64,000 nucleotides of DNA from a virus: the IMG/VR virus record IMGVR_UViG_3300045117_000026, positions 15,569-79,568 of that record. One strand, given 5' to 3'. The position numbers were made by a program, and so were the translations under genes. The notes under the pieces are model-generated. The model was not told the DNA's origin and ran no database searches. It worked only from the letters and a program-made list of their open reading frames with translations. This document shows, piece after piece, positions 19,453 to 28,297 of the stretch. Each line of letters starts with the position of its first letter. Positions within the stretch are counted from its first letter, which is position 1.

Positions 19453-20436
19453 TTACACCTCGTATATCGGACATCTGCGGTAATTGGTTAACAGCCTATT
19501 CCGGAAAGCAATAGTGTGTCGATTGTTCCATACCTCGTTCATAAAGTTACCAGAATGAACAACATCCACGCCATCGCACACATTCTCGGTGAATGAGCAA
19601 GGGAAGCCAATGCCTTTAGCGTTAATGTAGTAGGAGAACAAGGTTGACTCACACGGCTCAACGCTACTAGCATCCACAGATACGCCGGAGTTGATTACGT
19701 TATGAGCACTACAGCTATCAAAGCCGACAGTTACCTGCCTGTCCAATGATGCTTGGAGTAATCGCTGATATGACCTTGTATCCTTTACTTTACTGAACCT
19801 TGATGTCTGTCCGCGACCCTTTGGCTTAAAGGCAAGAAAGACAATAGCGTTGACCTCGAGACCCATAGCTTTAGTGTTACTCACCTCGGTAATAAGGCGA
19901 ACGCAATCATCAAGTGTTTCCTCAGAGAGAAGTGCATGGATATTATTCTGCGTGATACCACGTTTCCTTAATTCATGGAGAGCGGTAAAGCATACGTCTT
20001 TGTCATAGTACGACACCGCCACCGCTCCACACAGCTTGGAGAGAATGTCATAGTACCTCGGCGTCATACGGAAGCCGTTGATAGTAATGTTGGGTATAAC
20101 GCCTTTGCTTCGAGTATACTCAAGGATGGCGGGGAGGTCGGGGTTGCCATCAATGTCTCCTATGCCGAACGCTATTTGCGTGAGGTTACTTGGAGCTTTA
20201 TCAATGATACCCTTGAATGTATCAAGGCTCATGTTGTAACCATCAGCAGTATTACCCTTATAGCAGAACCTGCATCCTTGATGACAGACGGTGCTCAGTT
20301 CAATATCAAGGAGTTCCGGACCAAGTGGCGACACCTGCGGGTCGTCCTGTATGGTGTTACCCCAACGCATAAAGAAGCCGTTGTTTTGATTGAATATGTA
20401 GTTGTAACCAGGGTGCTTAACTACTTTGAGCGACAC
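19453..20436 (-). CDS. Radical SAM protein with C-terminal Cys cluster (SPASM/twitch-like)
   Basis: CHQGCRFC (CX3CX2C), QIAFG, GFDSC, PCES..FS.YIN..G..FPCSF and terminal CP. Confidence 0.92.
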   Translation of the reverse strand: MSLKVVKHPGYNYIFNQNNGFFMRWGNTIQDDPQVSPLGPELLDIELSTVCHQGCRFCYKGNTADGYNMSLDTFKGIIDKAPSNLTQIAFGIGDIDGNPDLPAILEYTRSKGVIPNITINGFRMTPRYYDILSKLCGAVAVSYYDKDVCFTALHELRKRGITQNNIHALLSEETLDDCVRLITEVSNTKAMGLEVNAIVFLAFKPKGRGQTSRFSKVKDTRSYQRLLQASLDRQVTVGFDSCSAHNVINSGVSVDASSVEPCESTLFSYYINAKGIGFPCSFTENVCDGVDVVHSGNFMNEVWNNRHTIAFRNRLLTNYRRCPIYEV

Positions 20437-20850
20437 GCTAATGACCTTTGCTGTGCTTGTTCTATCGCCTCTTTAAGGCTCCAGTGCGGGGTATACTTAA
20501 ATGTCTTCTCATTGACCTTTAACTTGCTTGTCCAGTTTTCCCATTCTTCTTTGGTCACATCCTTATCAATCCATTTGACGTCATACTGGGTTAAGCGGAA
20601 AGGCTCATGAACAAGGAATGGTAAGCGGTATGTAGCCATGAAGATTGCCTGCACAAGGGTCTTGCCTGCGCCATTGTTGAACCAGAAGTTCGCTTCGAAT
20701 GACCCCCATCGGATATAGTGTCCCTTGCTATCGGTACCGATGCGCCATCCGTATCCGTCAATGGTGAAATCGTAATGCTCAATACGCTTGTAAGGAAAGA
20801 TTCCATTGCGCTTGTCGTCCTTTTCGACAGTTACCGTGATGACCGGTTCT

Positions 20851-21357
20851 TTAACTATTATGCATTCTGTCTCTATTGTTCTCCTGTTCGTCTGTACAAA
20901 AGACATTAAACTCTGTACCGCAGGATGAGCATTTGGCACAGGTTATCCTTGCCGGTGATATGCTTACATCCGCCAAGCAATCAGGATTAGGACAAACTAC
21001 CTTGTGTGGTGGTGGTACCATTCGCCTTAATTCGGCAGTATCAATGTAGCAGATATTACCGGGAGGTACAGTCTCAGTTTGGAATGCACGCTTGAAAGCT
21101 TCGATGGTAAGAACAACTATATCACCAGTTGGTCTTGCTTCAAGCTTGTTTGGACCATCAACCCCGATAAGCAGAACGCCATTGGTGAGATACTTGTCAC
21201 CGCATTCCTTGCATACGTTAGGAGACCATGACCTCATTGGTGCCTTGTCTTTACATTTGTTACCAAGCAGCATTATCTCCCCATTGTCTCTTTGGCATAT
21301 GGGACAGATGCCGATGGTCGGGTTTAATCCGTATTCTTTATGGAGATTGATGGTCAT
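20851..21357 (-). CDS. Zn-finger hypothetical protein
   Basis: GLNPTIGICPIC, CKEC, CPNPDC and CSSC. Confidence 0.7.
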   Translation of the reverse strand: MTINLHKEYGLNPTIGICPICQRDNGEIMLLGNKCKDKAPMRSWSPNVCKECGDKYLTNGVLLIGVDGPNKLEARPTGDIVVLTIEAFKRAFQTETVPPGNICYIDTAELRRMVPPPHKVVCPNPDCLADVSISPARITCAKCSSCGTEFNVFCTDEQENNRDRMHNS

Positions 21358-21525
21358 TTACTTTACCTTCTTTGCTGTCGGCGCTTTTGCAGTCGGCTTG
21401 CTATCCACAGGCTTCAGATCGCTGACTACCTTGACGCCTTGGATGGACTGTATCCAATCCCGTAGGAAGCTGGCATTCTCTTTGCTGGATGCCTCGATGT
21501 TGACCTCAACACTGAAGATCGGCAT
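21358..21525 (-). CDS. 55-aa hypothetical protein (not in the ORF track)
   Basis: AGAAAGGAG SD, MPIFSVEVNIEAS...KKVK; its stop abuts the next ATG. Confidence 0.65.
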   Translation of the reverse strand: MPIFSVEVNIEASSKENASFLRDWIQSIQGVKVVSDLKPVDSKPTAKAPTAKKVK

Positions 21526-21542
21526 GGTGTCTCCTTTCTTTC

Positions 21543-22574
21543 TTAATAGTTCATGTCTATATCAAGTTTATACTTGACCGCTGTTTTAAGCACTGAGATG
21601 TAATTCTTGAGAATACTTTGGAATCGGGTTACTACGCCATACGTCATAAGACGCGTTGCGTTGTCCTCGAATGAGATGGAGAAGAACAACAGGTGGTCCG
21701 ATGATTCCAGTATGGTCTCAAGTAACGGGATAAGAGGCTCGGCATCTTTATACCATAGGTACTTGTTGCGGTAGATAAGAGTTGACATGAAGCGATTAAT
21801 AATTGGACCACCTGTATTCGGTATCCTATCAGCCTTTATAGACTCGCTTATGGAGCCTAGCGCCACAACAGCTTCGTTAAAGAACTTCTCACCGGCAAGG
21901 TTAACTTCACCATTACCCAATAACATCATTAGCTTTGGTATGACATCCTTTGGTTTCTCATTATCGGCATGGCGGAGATGTGGGAAGCTGAAGAGACCAT
22001 CAGTCGCTTTCTCATTAAACTCCGAACTGAACATGTATGACAGGGTCAGATTAAAGCCAGCCTTGAACCCTGCTATTGACGGGTAGTTGGAAAAGCGGAC
22101 ATAGCAATTGCGCTCGTTCTCCATGCAGATTGGACACTTGCTACATATCTTGATGCGTTGCTCATAGGTTAGTTCACCGTACCAATAACTTTCCCTGTGG
22201 TCTTCACCAGCTTCCAATAGGGCCTTATTCACACGTTGTGAGGTAAGACCCTTGAATGGAATATAGGTAGTGGCTCTGTATTCGGCAACCGGTTCAAGCA
22301 ACCGTCGGGTTGCGGGACTTAGTTCGTCAAAGAACATGGTATTGGTTTCAGAACGGAAAGCTTCCTTGAATAACTGATCCGCAACATCAACCGAGATTTT
22401 TTGAGCTGCCTCACGGGTAAGTATCTTGTTCTTTTTGCGGTACTTCAACCACGGGTCATTGCCGGTTTCAGGTATCTTAATATAGACCCCGACAACAGAG
22501 GTCCTATGCTTACGGCACAATGCGAACTTGGAAGCCATTAAACTCTTTTCGGTAAAACTGATATCAATACCCAT
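21543..22574 (-). CDS. Hypothetical protein
   Basis: 343-aa ORF with AAAGGAG SD and CSKCPIC. Confidence 0.75.
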   Translation of the reverse strand: MGIDISFTEKSLMASKFALCRKHRTSVVGVYIKIPETGNDPWLKYRKKNKILTREAAQKISVDVADQLFKEAFRSETNTMFFDELSPATRRLLEPVAEYRATTYIPFKGLTSQRVNKALLEAGEDHRESYWYGELTYEQRIKICSKCPICMENERNCYVRFSNYPSIAGFKAGFNLTLSYMFSSEFNEKATDGLFSFPHLRHADNEKPKDVIPKLMMLLGNGEVNLAGEKFFNEAVVALGSISESIKADRIPNTGGPIINRFMSTLIYRNKYLWYKDAEPLIPLLETILESSDHLLFFSISFEDNATRLMTYGVVTRFQSILKNYISVLKTAVKYKLDIDMNY

Positions 22575-22668
22575 TCTACTCCTTTAACCATTAATTAGTG
22601 TGACGGCTCTAATGATGATTGCCAACACCATGAGGGTGATTATAACGGTGGATACTTCAAGCACTTGA

Positions 22669-23049
22669 TTAGGCTTCTTCCACAGGTTCAAAGGTGTTGA
22701 GGAAGTTGAACATCTTGGAGACTATCATCCGCGCTCTCGACTCAGAGTCGGTAAAGACCGTGACATTAAATATACCGAGATGAACTTGGTCTGTATCCAG
22801 TATCTCATGCGCCGGATACTTGCAAGGAGTATAAGCATCATCAGAGTTCCTATGAGGGGTGAAGCTTAACGGACATGCATCACATGGGTTTCTGCTATCT
22901 ATGGTATCGCAGATGCATCTCCCCGCAATCTCGTAAGTGTTTCGCAATGAATTGTAGGAGAGAAGTGCCGGGTCAAAGCGGGTCTTAAGAGTGCTCCATT
23001 GTTGATCGGTTAATACAATCTTGATTCCATTATAGTAACCTATTTTCAT
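22669..23049 (-). CDS. Paralog family A (copy 2)
   Basis: MKIGYY...LTDQQW...RFDP...CICDT...CDACPL. Confidence 0.75.
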   Translation of the reverse strand: MKIGYYNGIKIVLTDQQWSTLKTRFDPALLSYNSLRNTYEIAGRCICDTIDSRNPCDACPLSFTPHRNSDDAYTPCKYPAHEILDTDQVHLGIFNVTVFTDSESRARMIVSKMFNFLNTFEPVEEA

Positions 23050-23424
23050 TTATCTCCTTCGCTTAAAGCTCTTCAGGAATTCGCTCATCCTTGAAACTAC
23101 CTCTTTGGCTTCTTCCGTAGAGTTGGTGGAGAGAGTAAGTCGGCTATGGTAGAAACGTACAGAACTTGTCTCCATGATATCCCTTGCGACTTTAACGCAA
23201 GGAGCGTAACTCTCGGGGTCGAAGCTAAGAGGACATTGCTTGCAATCAGGGTACTCATACAGGGGATAACGGGGTATCGTGTCGCAAATACATTTCTCCT
23301 CAACACAGTGACCCTCAATTGCTTCGTGCTTGACGATGTTCTTTGGATCGAACCTGCGCCGGAGCCTGTTCCACTGCTCGTCAGAGAGCAGGATTTCTTT
23401 ACCCTTATACGTGCCAACCCTCAT
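23050..23424 (-). CDS. Paralog family A (copy 3)
   Basis: MRVGTY...LSDEQW...RFDP...CICDT...CKQCPL. Confidence 0.75.
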   Translation of the reverse strand: MRVGTYKGKEILLSDEQWNRLRRRFDPKNIVKHEAIEGHCVEEKCICDTIPRYPLYEYPDCKQCPLSFDPESYAPCVKVARDIMETSSVRFYHSRLTLSTNSTEEAKEVVSRMSEFLKSFKRRR

Positions 23425-23428
23425 CTTA

Positions 23429-23767
23429 TTATCCCCCTATCTTGTAGGACATAATAAGACCGCAACGTGTGCAGATATAGGTGGCAGTGCGCAGGGTATC
23501 ATTCTTCCTTCTCCCCTTTGCCCGCGCATGGCAATCCTCGCACAGCACCCATTTTGGTGCATTGAATGCCGGAGGAGTCGGCTTTATGAACTTTAACTTG
23601 GATGTTTCCTCAAGACGCTTGCGCATTGAGGACGAGAGGTCATCCCATGGTTTCTTGAGCACCTTCTTGACCCACTGGTTAAGCGGGTGCTCGAGAATTT
23701 CCGCTGGAGTAACGAGCACCACAGGAGATTCACCTGTACCAATAGCCTTTAATTCTTTCTCAGGCAT
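23429..23767 (-). CDS. Zn-ribbon hypothetical protein
   Basis: CEDC...CTRC. Confidence 0.6.
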   Translation of the reverse strand: MPEKELKAIGTGESPVVLVTPAEILEHPLNQWVKKVLKKPWDDLSSSMRKRLEETSKLKFIKPTPPAFNAPKWVLCEDCHARAKGRRKNDTLRTATYICTRCGLIMSYKIGG

Positions 23768-23996
23768 CTAATGTACTCCTTATTACCTTACTTAATCTCT
23801 TTGCTACATTCAGGAGATTCTTCCTGAAGCAATTGGGGTGCGCATAGTTGGTAATCTTGTTCTCAGGATAAAAGGTGTCAATCCTGCTTGCACCACGCTG
23901 TATCGGGGTGTTGCAGTACTTGCACTTTGTCCTGCCGGTAGGAGCAGTGACAAGTTTAAGGTCCAGTCCCGTGCTACTTGAGTAACCGCTTACCAT
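23760..23996 (-). CDS. Stand-alone PARP-type zinc finger protein
   Basis: A-x-TGRTKCKYC-x3-I...RI...HPNCF matches the zf-PARP C-x2-C...H-x2-C pattern. Confidence 0.75.
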   Translation of the reverse strand: MVSGYSSSTGLDLKLVTAPTGRTKCKYCNTPIQRGASRIDTFYPENKITNYAHPNCFRKNLLNVAKRLSKVIRSTLDA

Positions 23997-24648
23997 GCTT
24001 CCCGCCTTTCCAAGTTGCTTCGTCCTGTATTATGCTATCTTCGAGGACATCGACCTCGTCGAGCGAAACCACCGATTCGATGACAACACTCTCAACCATT
24101 CCCGGCACATCTCGGTAATATACCCGACGATAGATTGTTCCTGGGGATGGACCGGCACGAGGCGTAAACTCCTTGAACCGCATCGCTTTAAGATGTACTT
24201 CAAGGGAGTCGAGCGAATACTCCGGCTGTTTCTTTTCCGCATTATCCATTTCATTTGAACTATCTTACTTTTATCTCATAACTGCAATCGAGCATAATCT
24301 GTTCAATGCCATCCACGAGGTCCTTGACCCGCGATAGTCCGGGTTCTTCCTTGACCCAATGGAGACCCTTATCGCCATCCATTGCGATATCAGAAAAGCG
24401 GGTCTGAAGGTACTTGATTATTGGAATCTTGAGGAAGAAGTGAGGGGGTCTCGAAGCCAATTCATCCTTGGTTTTCGCAAGTTCTTTCCTCATGGTATAG
24501 TCTGACAAGTCCCTCTCAGCGAGAGCCTCGTTCGCTACATTGTACCTGTCAACCAGGTTCTGCAAGGAACATACGCTGCCGTCCTTGAGCTTGATCCTGA
24601 TTTGATTACCATCGACCTTACTGGGTGTCATGGAGTCGGGGAATAATA

Positions 24649-25065
24649 TCAACATTCTATTTTCCTCCTTGTTTTCCTTTCCCGCAGGACAAAATTACTG
24701 CCACGGCGCTCGACGATGTCCCCGAGGTCAAAAGCCTCTGATACCGTTTTGATGTCGTCTATGCAATCCGAGATTGTTTGAGCAGCATCATCCGGGGTCA
24801 TGATACTTAACCAGCCACCAGCCTCCAAACTCTTCCTAATTATTCCCTTAAACGTGTTTACGCTCATGGGAATATTAACCACCCTCATTGTGGTTGTAGC
24901 TTTGTGGCTAGTGGCTCCTGACCATGACCGGCGACATCCGCAAAAACCATCTACCTCTTCATGGTCACAGTCAAGGTGTGGCAGGACAATCTCACCCTCG
25001 ACCGCATGGCAGAAGTCATTTGTCCTCTGACCCTGTGTCTGCTTGGTTGCTACTAATAGTTTCAT
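24649..25065 (-). CDS. Conserved Cys-containing hypothetical protein
   Basis: LVAT..TQGQR.NDF...EGE.V...CGCRRSW.G..S.KATTT, a pattern recalled from bacterial and phage hypotheticals. Confidence 0.65.
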   Translation of the reverse strand: MKLLVATKQTQGQRTNDFCHAVEGEIVLPHLDCDHEEVDGFCGCRRSWSGATSHKATTTMRVVNIPMSVNTFKGIIRKSLEAGGWLSIMTPDDAAQTISDCIDDIKTVSEAFDLGDIVERRGSNFVLRERKTRRKIEC

Positions 25066-25316
25066 CGTTCTCCTTTCCTTAATTCATGCACCGCTCTATG
25101 ATAAGAGTGGTGGGATCAAGCTGATATATCCTTGATGTTCTAAGGATATGGATGAAAGCATTCAGCTTAGCGGTCTCGACCTCGAGAATGATAAGTTTGT
25201 TACCGCAGGCGCAATAGGCAACTTGGGTCTTCGGTTCATAGTTGCCACCAGCGGCAAGCACACCATCAATCTCATACCCGCCCATCTTGCACTTTGTACA
25301 ATAGTATGTCATCCTA

Positions 25317-25640
25317 TTACAGCTTACCCTCGTTTAACTCATCCTTGGCTATTGCATCCCACTTGTCCGGGGTATTGTTCTCCACTTCAAAAGCCTGAAG
25401 CACCTGCTCTCCATCGGAGTCGTCGTAGCAAACCACGACCTCTAGGTAGGACCCGAAATCATGAGGGAATATTTTCGTCTTGAAATAGCAACCGACCTCC
25501 AGCGCCTTTGGGAATGTCCGCTCGAGTTGCCGTACGAATACACGGGACTCCCGCTTCGCCTCCTCCATGTAGTTGTCTGTACCGACCTGGACACAATCCT
25601 CGCTGCACGGTACAGGGCCAAGCTCCACATACTCTATCAT
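25317..25640 (-). CDS. Conserved phage hypothetical protein
   Basis: LGPVPCSEDCVQVG...QLERTFP...HDFGSYLEVV. Confidence 0.7.
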   Translation of the reverse strand: MIEYVELGPVPCSEDCVQVGTDNYMEEAKRESRVFVRQLERTFPKALEVGCYFKTKIFPHDFGSYLEVVVCYDDSDGEQVLQAFEVENNTPDKWDAIAKDELNEGKL

Positions 25641-25670
25641 TGTTTTCTCCTTTCTTTTACTTCCTTTTAA

Positions 25671-26246
25671 TTACGGACAAGAAGCTCTTGGTGACTCGTG
25701 TACATCTTTATAAGTGTCAACATATATATCAGGTATAGTTCCTGCGATCATACCTGCCGCTACAAGAACCGGGGAGTACGACCAAGCCGGTACAAAGTAT
25801 TGTGTCTCTTCTCCAGAGTTGTTAGTGATAGCGAAGTAACATCCTTTGTAACTAATCTCCGCATAATTTGCTCCTAGTCCCGAGGCCCAGTCGGAGCATG
25901 CGACCCGTTCGGAAGGACTTTTAATACCGCACGTTACAATCCACTGTGGTTGCTCGCAAGAATAAACAGGTGCGCTTGTGGTCCTAATATTCAATTTACA
26001 ATCGGGTCTAATGGACAGTATCATTCTCCTTACTGCTTCTACCTTATAGGCGCCAACCTGATGGGGCAAAAGAGCTAACATAAGTTCCTCGTTGGTTTTG
26101 CTCTCGACCCTGGCAGGATCAATCAGCGTAATGGTTTTGATACCAGATGTCGCCAACAACAGGGACTCCAATATACCAATGGAGCCAAGTCCGACTACAA
26201 TGACATGGTCATCCAATGGATTATGCTGTTTAATACCTTCATCCAT
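25671..26246 (-). CDS. Second, truncated/degenerate ThiF/E1-like protein
   Basis: VVGLGSIG, LIDPARVE, VGAYKVEAVRRMILSIRPD and PAWS; lacks the SNLNRQ ATP-binding motif. Confidence 0.75.
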   Translation of the reverse strand: MDEGIKQHNPLDDHVIVVGLGSIGILESLLLATSGIKTITLIDPARVESKTNEELMLALLPHQVGAYKVEAVRRMILSIRPDCKLNIRTTSAPVYSCEQPQWIVTCGIKSPSERVACSDWASGLGANYAEISYKGCYFAITNNSGEETQYFVPAWSYSPVLVAAGMIAGTIPDIYVDTYKDVHESPRASCP

Positions 26247-26578
26247 TAGCCTGACATCTCCTTAACATCCTTGATTGCGACCTTTATCATCCTATGCTCC
26301 TGCTCCAGCGTCTCCCTGTACTCGAAGCTCTTAAGGACAATAATCTGATAAGCCGCTTCCATCTCTACCCGTGGTGGGTTCAAGTAGGAGTACTTGGCAA
26401 GTTCCCAACATAGGTCGGTAATGTCTTCCTCGACCCCACAGGATGCGCACTTGTAATATATAAAACCGCCGTTGAAGCGGAGCATTGGGACACCACCTTT
26501 CGGATTTGCGGTTAAAGTATCGGATTCACCACAGACAATCGTCCCGTGTATTTGAATAGGAATACGGATAGCGCACAT
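26246..26578 (-). CDS. Hypothetical protein
   Basis: 110-aa co-oriented ORF with CASC. Confidence 0.6.
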   Translation of the reverse strand: MCAIRIPIQIHGTIVCGESDTLTANPKGGVPMLRFNGGFIYYKCASCGVEEDITDLCWELAKYSYLNPPRVEMEAAYQIIVLKSFEYRETLEQEHRMIKVAIKDVKEMSG

Positions 26579-26611
26579 GTTCTATTCTTACCCCTTGGAA
26601 GTTGGAAATGT

Positions 26612-26640
26612 GGGGCCCGGGGACGGCATACCCGGGCCCC
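26612..26640. terminator. GC-rich 10-bp stem-loop
   Basis: GGGGCCCGGG-N9-CCCGGGCCCC just after the 26648 stop; no strong U tract. Confidence 0.5.
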
Positions 26641-26647
26641 TATAACC

Positions 26648-27760
26648 TTAAGGAAGCCGGAGCTTGTGGCGTCGCTCCATCGTGGAAAAGGCTTCCAGGC
26701 GCTCGCGCTCGGCTATGAAGCACTCCTGCGCCCTCATCCCCTGCTCCACGGATATGCGGGTCGTGTCCCTCTCGATCTCGTCCCTATCGGGACATAGTCT
26801 TGATACCAAGTCCTCTATCTGCTGGTAGCGCTCCTGGGCTTCCCGCTTCTCTACCAACTTCAGCATGAGTGCGTGGTCACGGTACACTTCCCTCTTCGCA
26901 GCCACCACAATGGTAAGCACCATGTCAGGCGGCACCTTGTGCCACCTTGGTTTGTACCGCTTCATCGCCACCTGTAGGGTGATGGGGTCCTTGCGGTACT
27001 TCCACCAGTATTCCATTCCCCCGTAGTGATGGGGACAATCGGCGGCTTCTTTGGAATAGACGCAGTTGGTACAAGTCTGTTTAACCGCTGTACCTGGCTT
27101 CTTCGGGTTGTATACCAGAGTCCGCATTAACTGCGCCTGACGGAGCAATGACCTGTCGGGCTTGCACCGCCATAAGCCGGAATGTTGTTCGTAGGTGAAA
27201 GGTGGTCGCTCATAAGTGCCGCACCTTTCGGTAATGATGTCATTACGGATGTTGAACTTGTGGATGTAATTGGCTAGGGGATGCTCCATGCTATCCCAGT
27301 GGTCACACCCCTTGCGAGTGGTACACTGCGGGCACCGGCATCCCACAACCCGTGGGTAGCCATTCCCGTCACATAACGCTGGCACATTCAACCCTGGATA
27401 GACAACGGTGTCTTCACCAGCGGTAAAGTCCCAGCCGAATGCAGTTACCTTGCCGGTGTCATGGTCATGCGGAGGCTGCCGCTTGGGACAGACCTCAGCG
27501 GCGATGCACCTCAGATTTTCACTCGGTCGGTAACACTTCAAATGTACTGCAGAGAGCGGCATCCATCGGGGCTTCTTCCGTTCCTCCTCTTGGAGACGGA
27601 GATATTCCTCGAACGCCGCATTCCGTTCAGCCGTCGGTAACGAGTTGATCTCCTTGAGGGTACGGCGCTTGGTAACTTGCGCCGTACCTTTCAAGGACTT
27701 CCGGCGGACAGAGGGTGCTCTCGTGATCGTACCGTCGAGGTTAATAAGCACCCTACCCAT
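26648..27760 (-). CDS. Cys/His-rich hypothetical early protein
   Basis: 370-aa ORF, second gene after the leftward promoter; N-terminal INLDGTIT. Confidence 0.75.
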   Translation of the reverse strand: MGRVLINLDGTITRAPSVRRKSLKGTAQVTKRRTLKEINSLPTAERNAAFEEYLRLQEEERKKPRWMPLSAVHLKCYRPSENLRCIAAEVCPKRQPPHDHDTGKVTAFGWDFTAGEDTVVYPGLNVPALCDGNGYPRVVGCRCPQCTTRKGCDHWDSMEHPLANYIHKFNIRNDIITERCGTYERPPFTYEQHSGLWRCKPDRSLLRQAQLMRTLVYNPKKPGTAVKQTCTNCVYSKEAADCPHHYGGMEYWWKYRKDPITLQVAMKRYKPRWHKVPPDMVLTIVVAAKREVYRDHALMLKLVEKREAQERYQQIEDLVSRLCPDRDEIERDTTRISVEQGMRAQECFIAERERLEAFSTMERRHKLRLP

Positions 27761-27763
27761 TGA

Positions 27764-28072
27764 CTAGTTTCCTGCCGGTGCAGTTTCGATGGTTGCCGGG
27801 ACTTCGGTGACCTTGGCAGCGACCTTCTTGGGACGGGGAGTAGCCTTCTTCCCCGGACGAGCCAGGAGATTGGAGGCGATTTTGACGCAGTAATCAAGGA
27901 TGGCGGAATCGGGGGCGTTGGTGAAGCGCTTCTGGAGGCGATCCCATGCCTTGAGTCCCTCATCGGACAGGGTCGTGCTCTTGCGACCGGGGTACTTGAC
28001 CTCACCGTTGCCAGAGGCGCCGCCGGTGATGGTCCCATCGAGTTTGATTTCCACCTTGGAACGAGTAGACAT
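27764..28072 (-). CDS. Putative ribbon-helix-helix DNA-binding protein
   Basis: RKSTTLSDEGLKAWDRLQKRF...SAILDYCV resembles CopG/Arc; GAAAGGAG SD; basic tail. Confidence 0.55.
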   Translation of the reverse strand: MSTRSKVEIKLDGTITGGASGNGEVKYPGRKSTTLSDEGLKAWDRLQKRFTNAPDSAILDYCVKIASNLLARPGKKATPRPKKVAAKVTEVPATIETAPAGN

Positions 28073-28212
28073 CTTGGGTCTCCTTTCCTATTTGGTGCCA
28101 CACCCGGTAAGCGTATGCTCCTCGCTGGTGTAGTCACCTGTCAGGTGCTTGCGGAGCTTTTGGTCTATCGACCCCTCGACCCCACGCTCCGCCCTGCCTC
28201 CCTGACAGTGAT

Positions 28213-28241
28213 ATTCTAGCATAGCCAGACTAGGCAGTCAA
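28213..28241 (-). promoter_or_regulatory. Leftward sigma70-type promoter
   Basis: TTGACT-17bp-TAGAAT with extended TG. Confidence 0.8.
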
Positions 28242-28297
28242 GTCGGTACTGTGGGTGAACTGGGTGCTGTGGGAGGCCAGGGTGCTGACTACCGGCT

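Noticed and set aside
19975-20610. Long antisense ORFs (also 33254-33898, 42420-43031, 58769-59374)
   Set aside because: They are shadows of well-supported genes on the opposite strand and have no motifs
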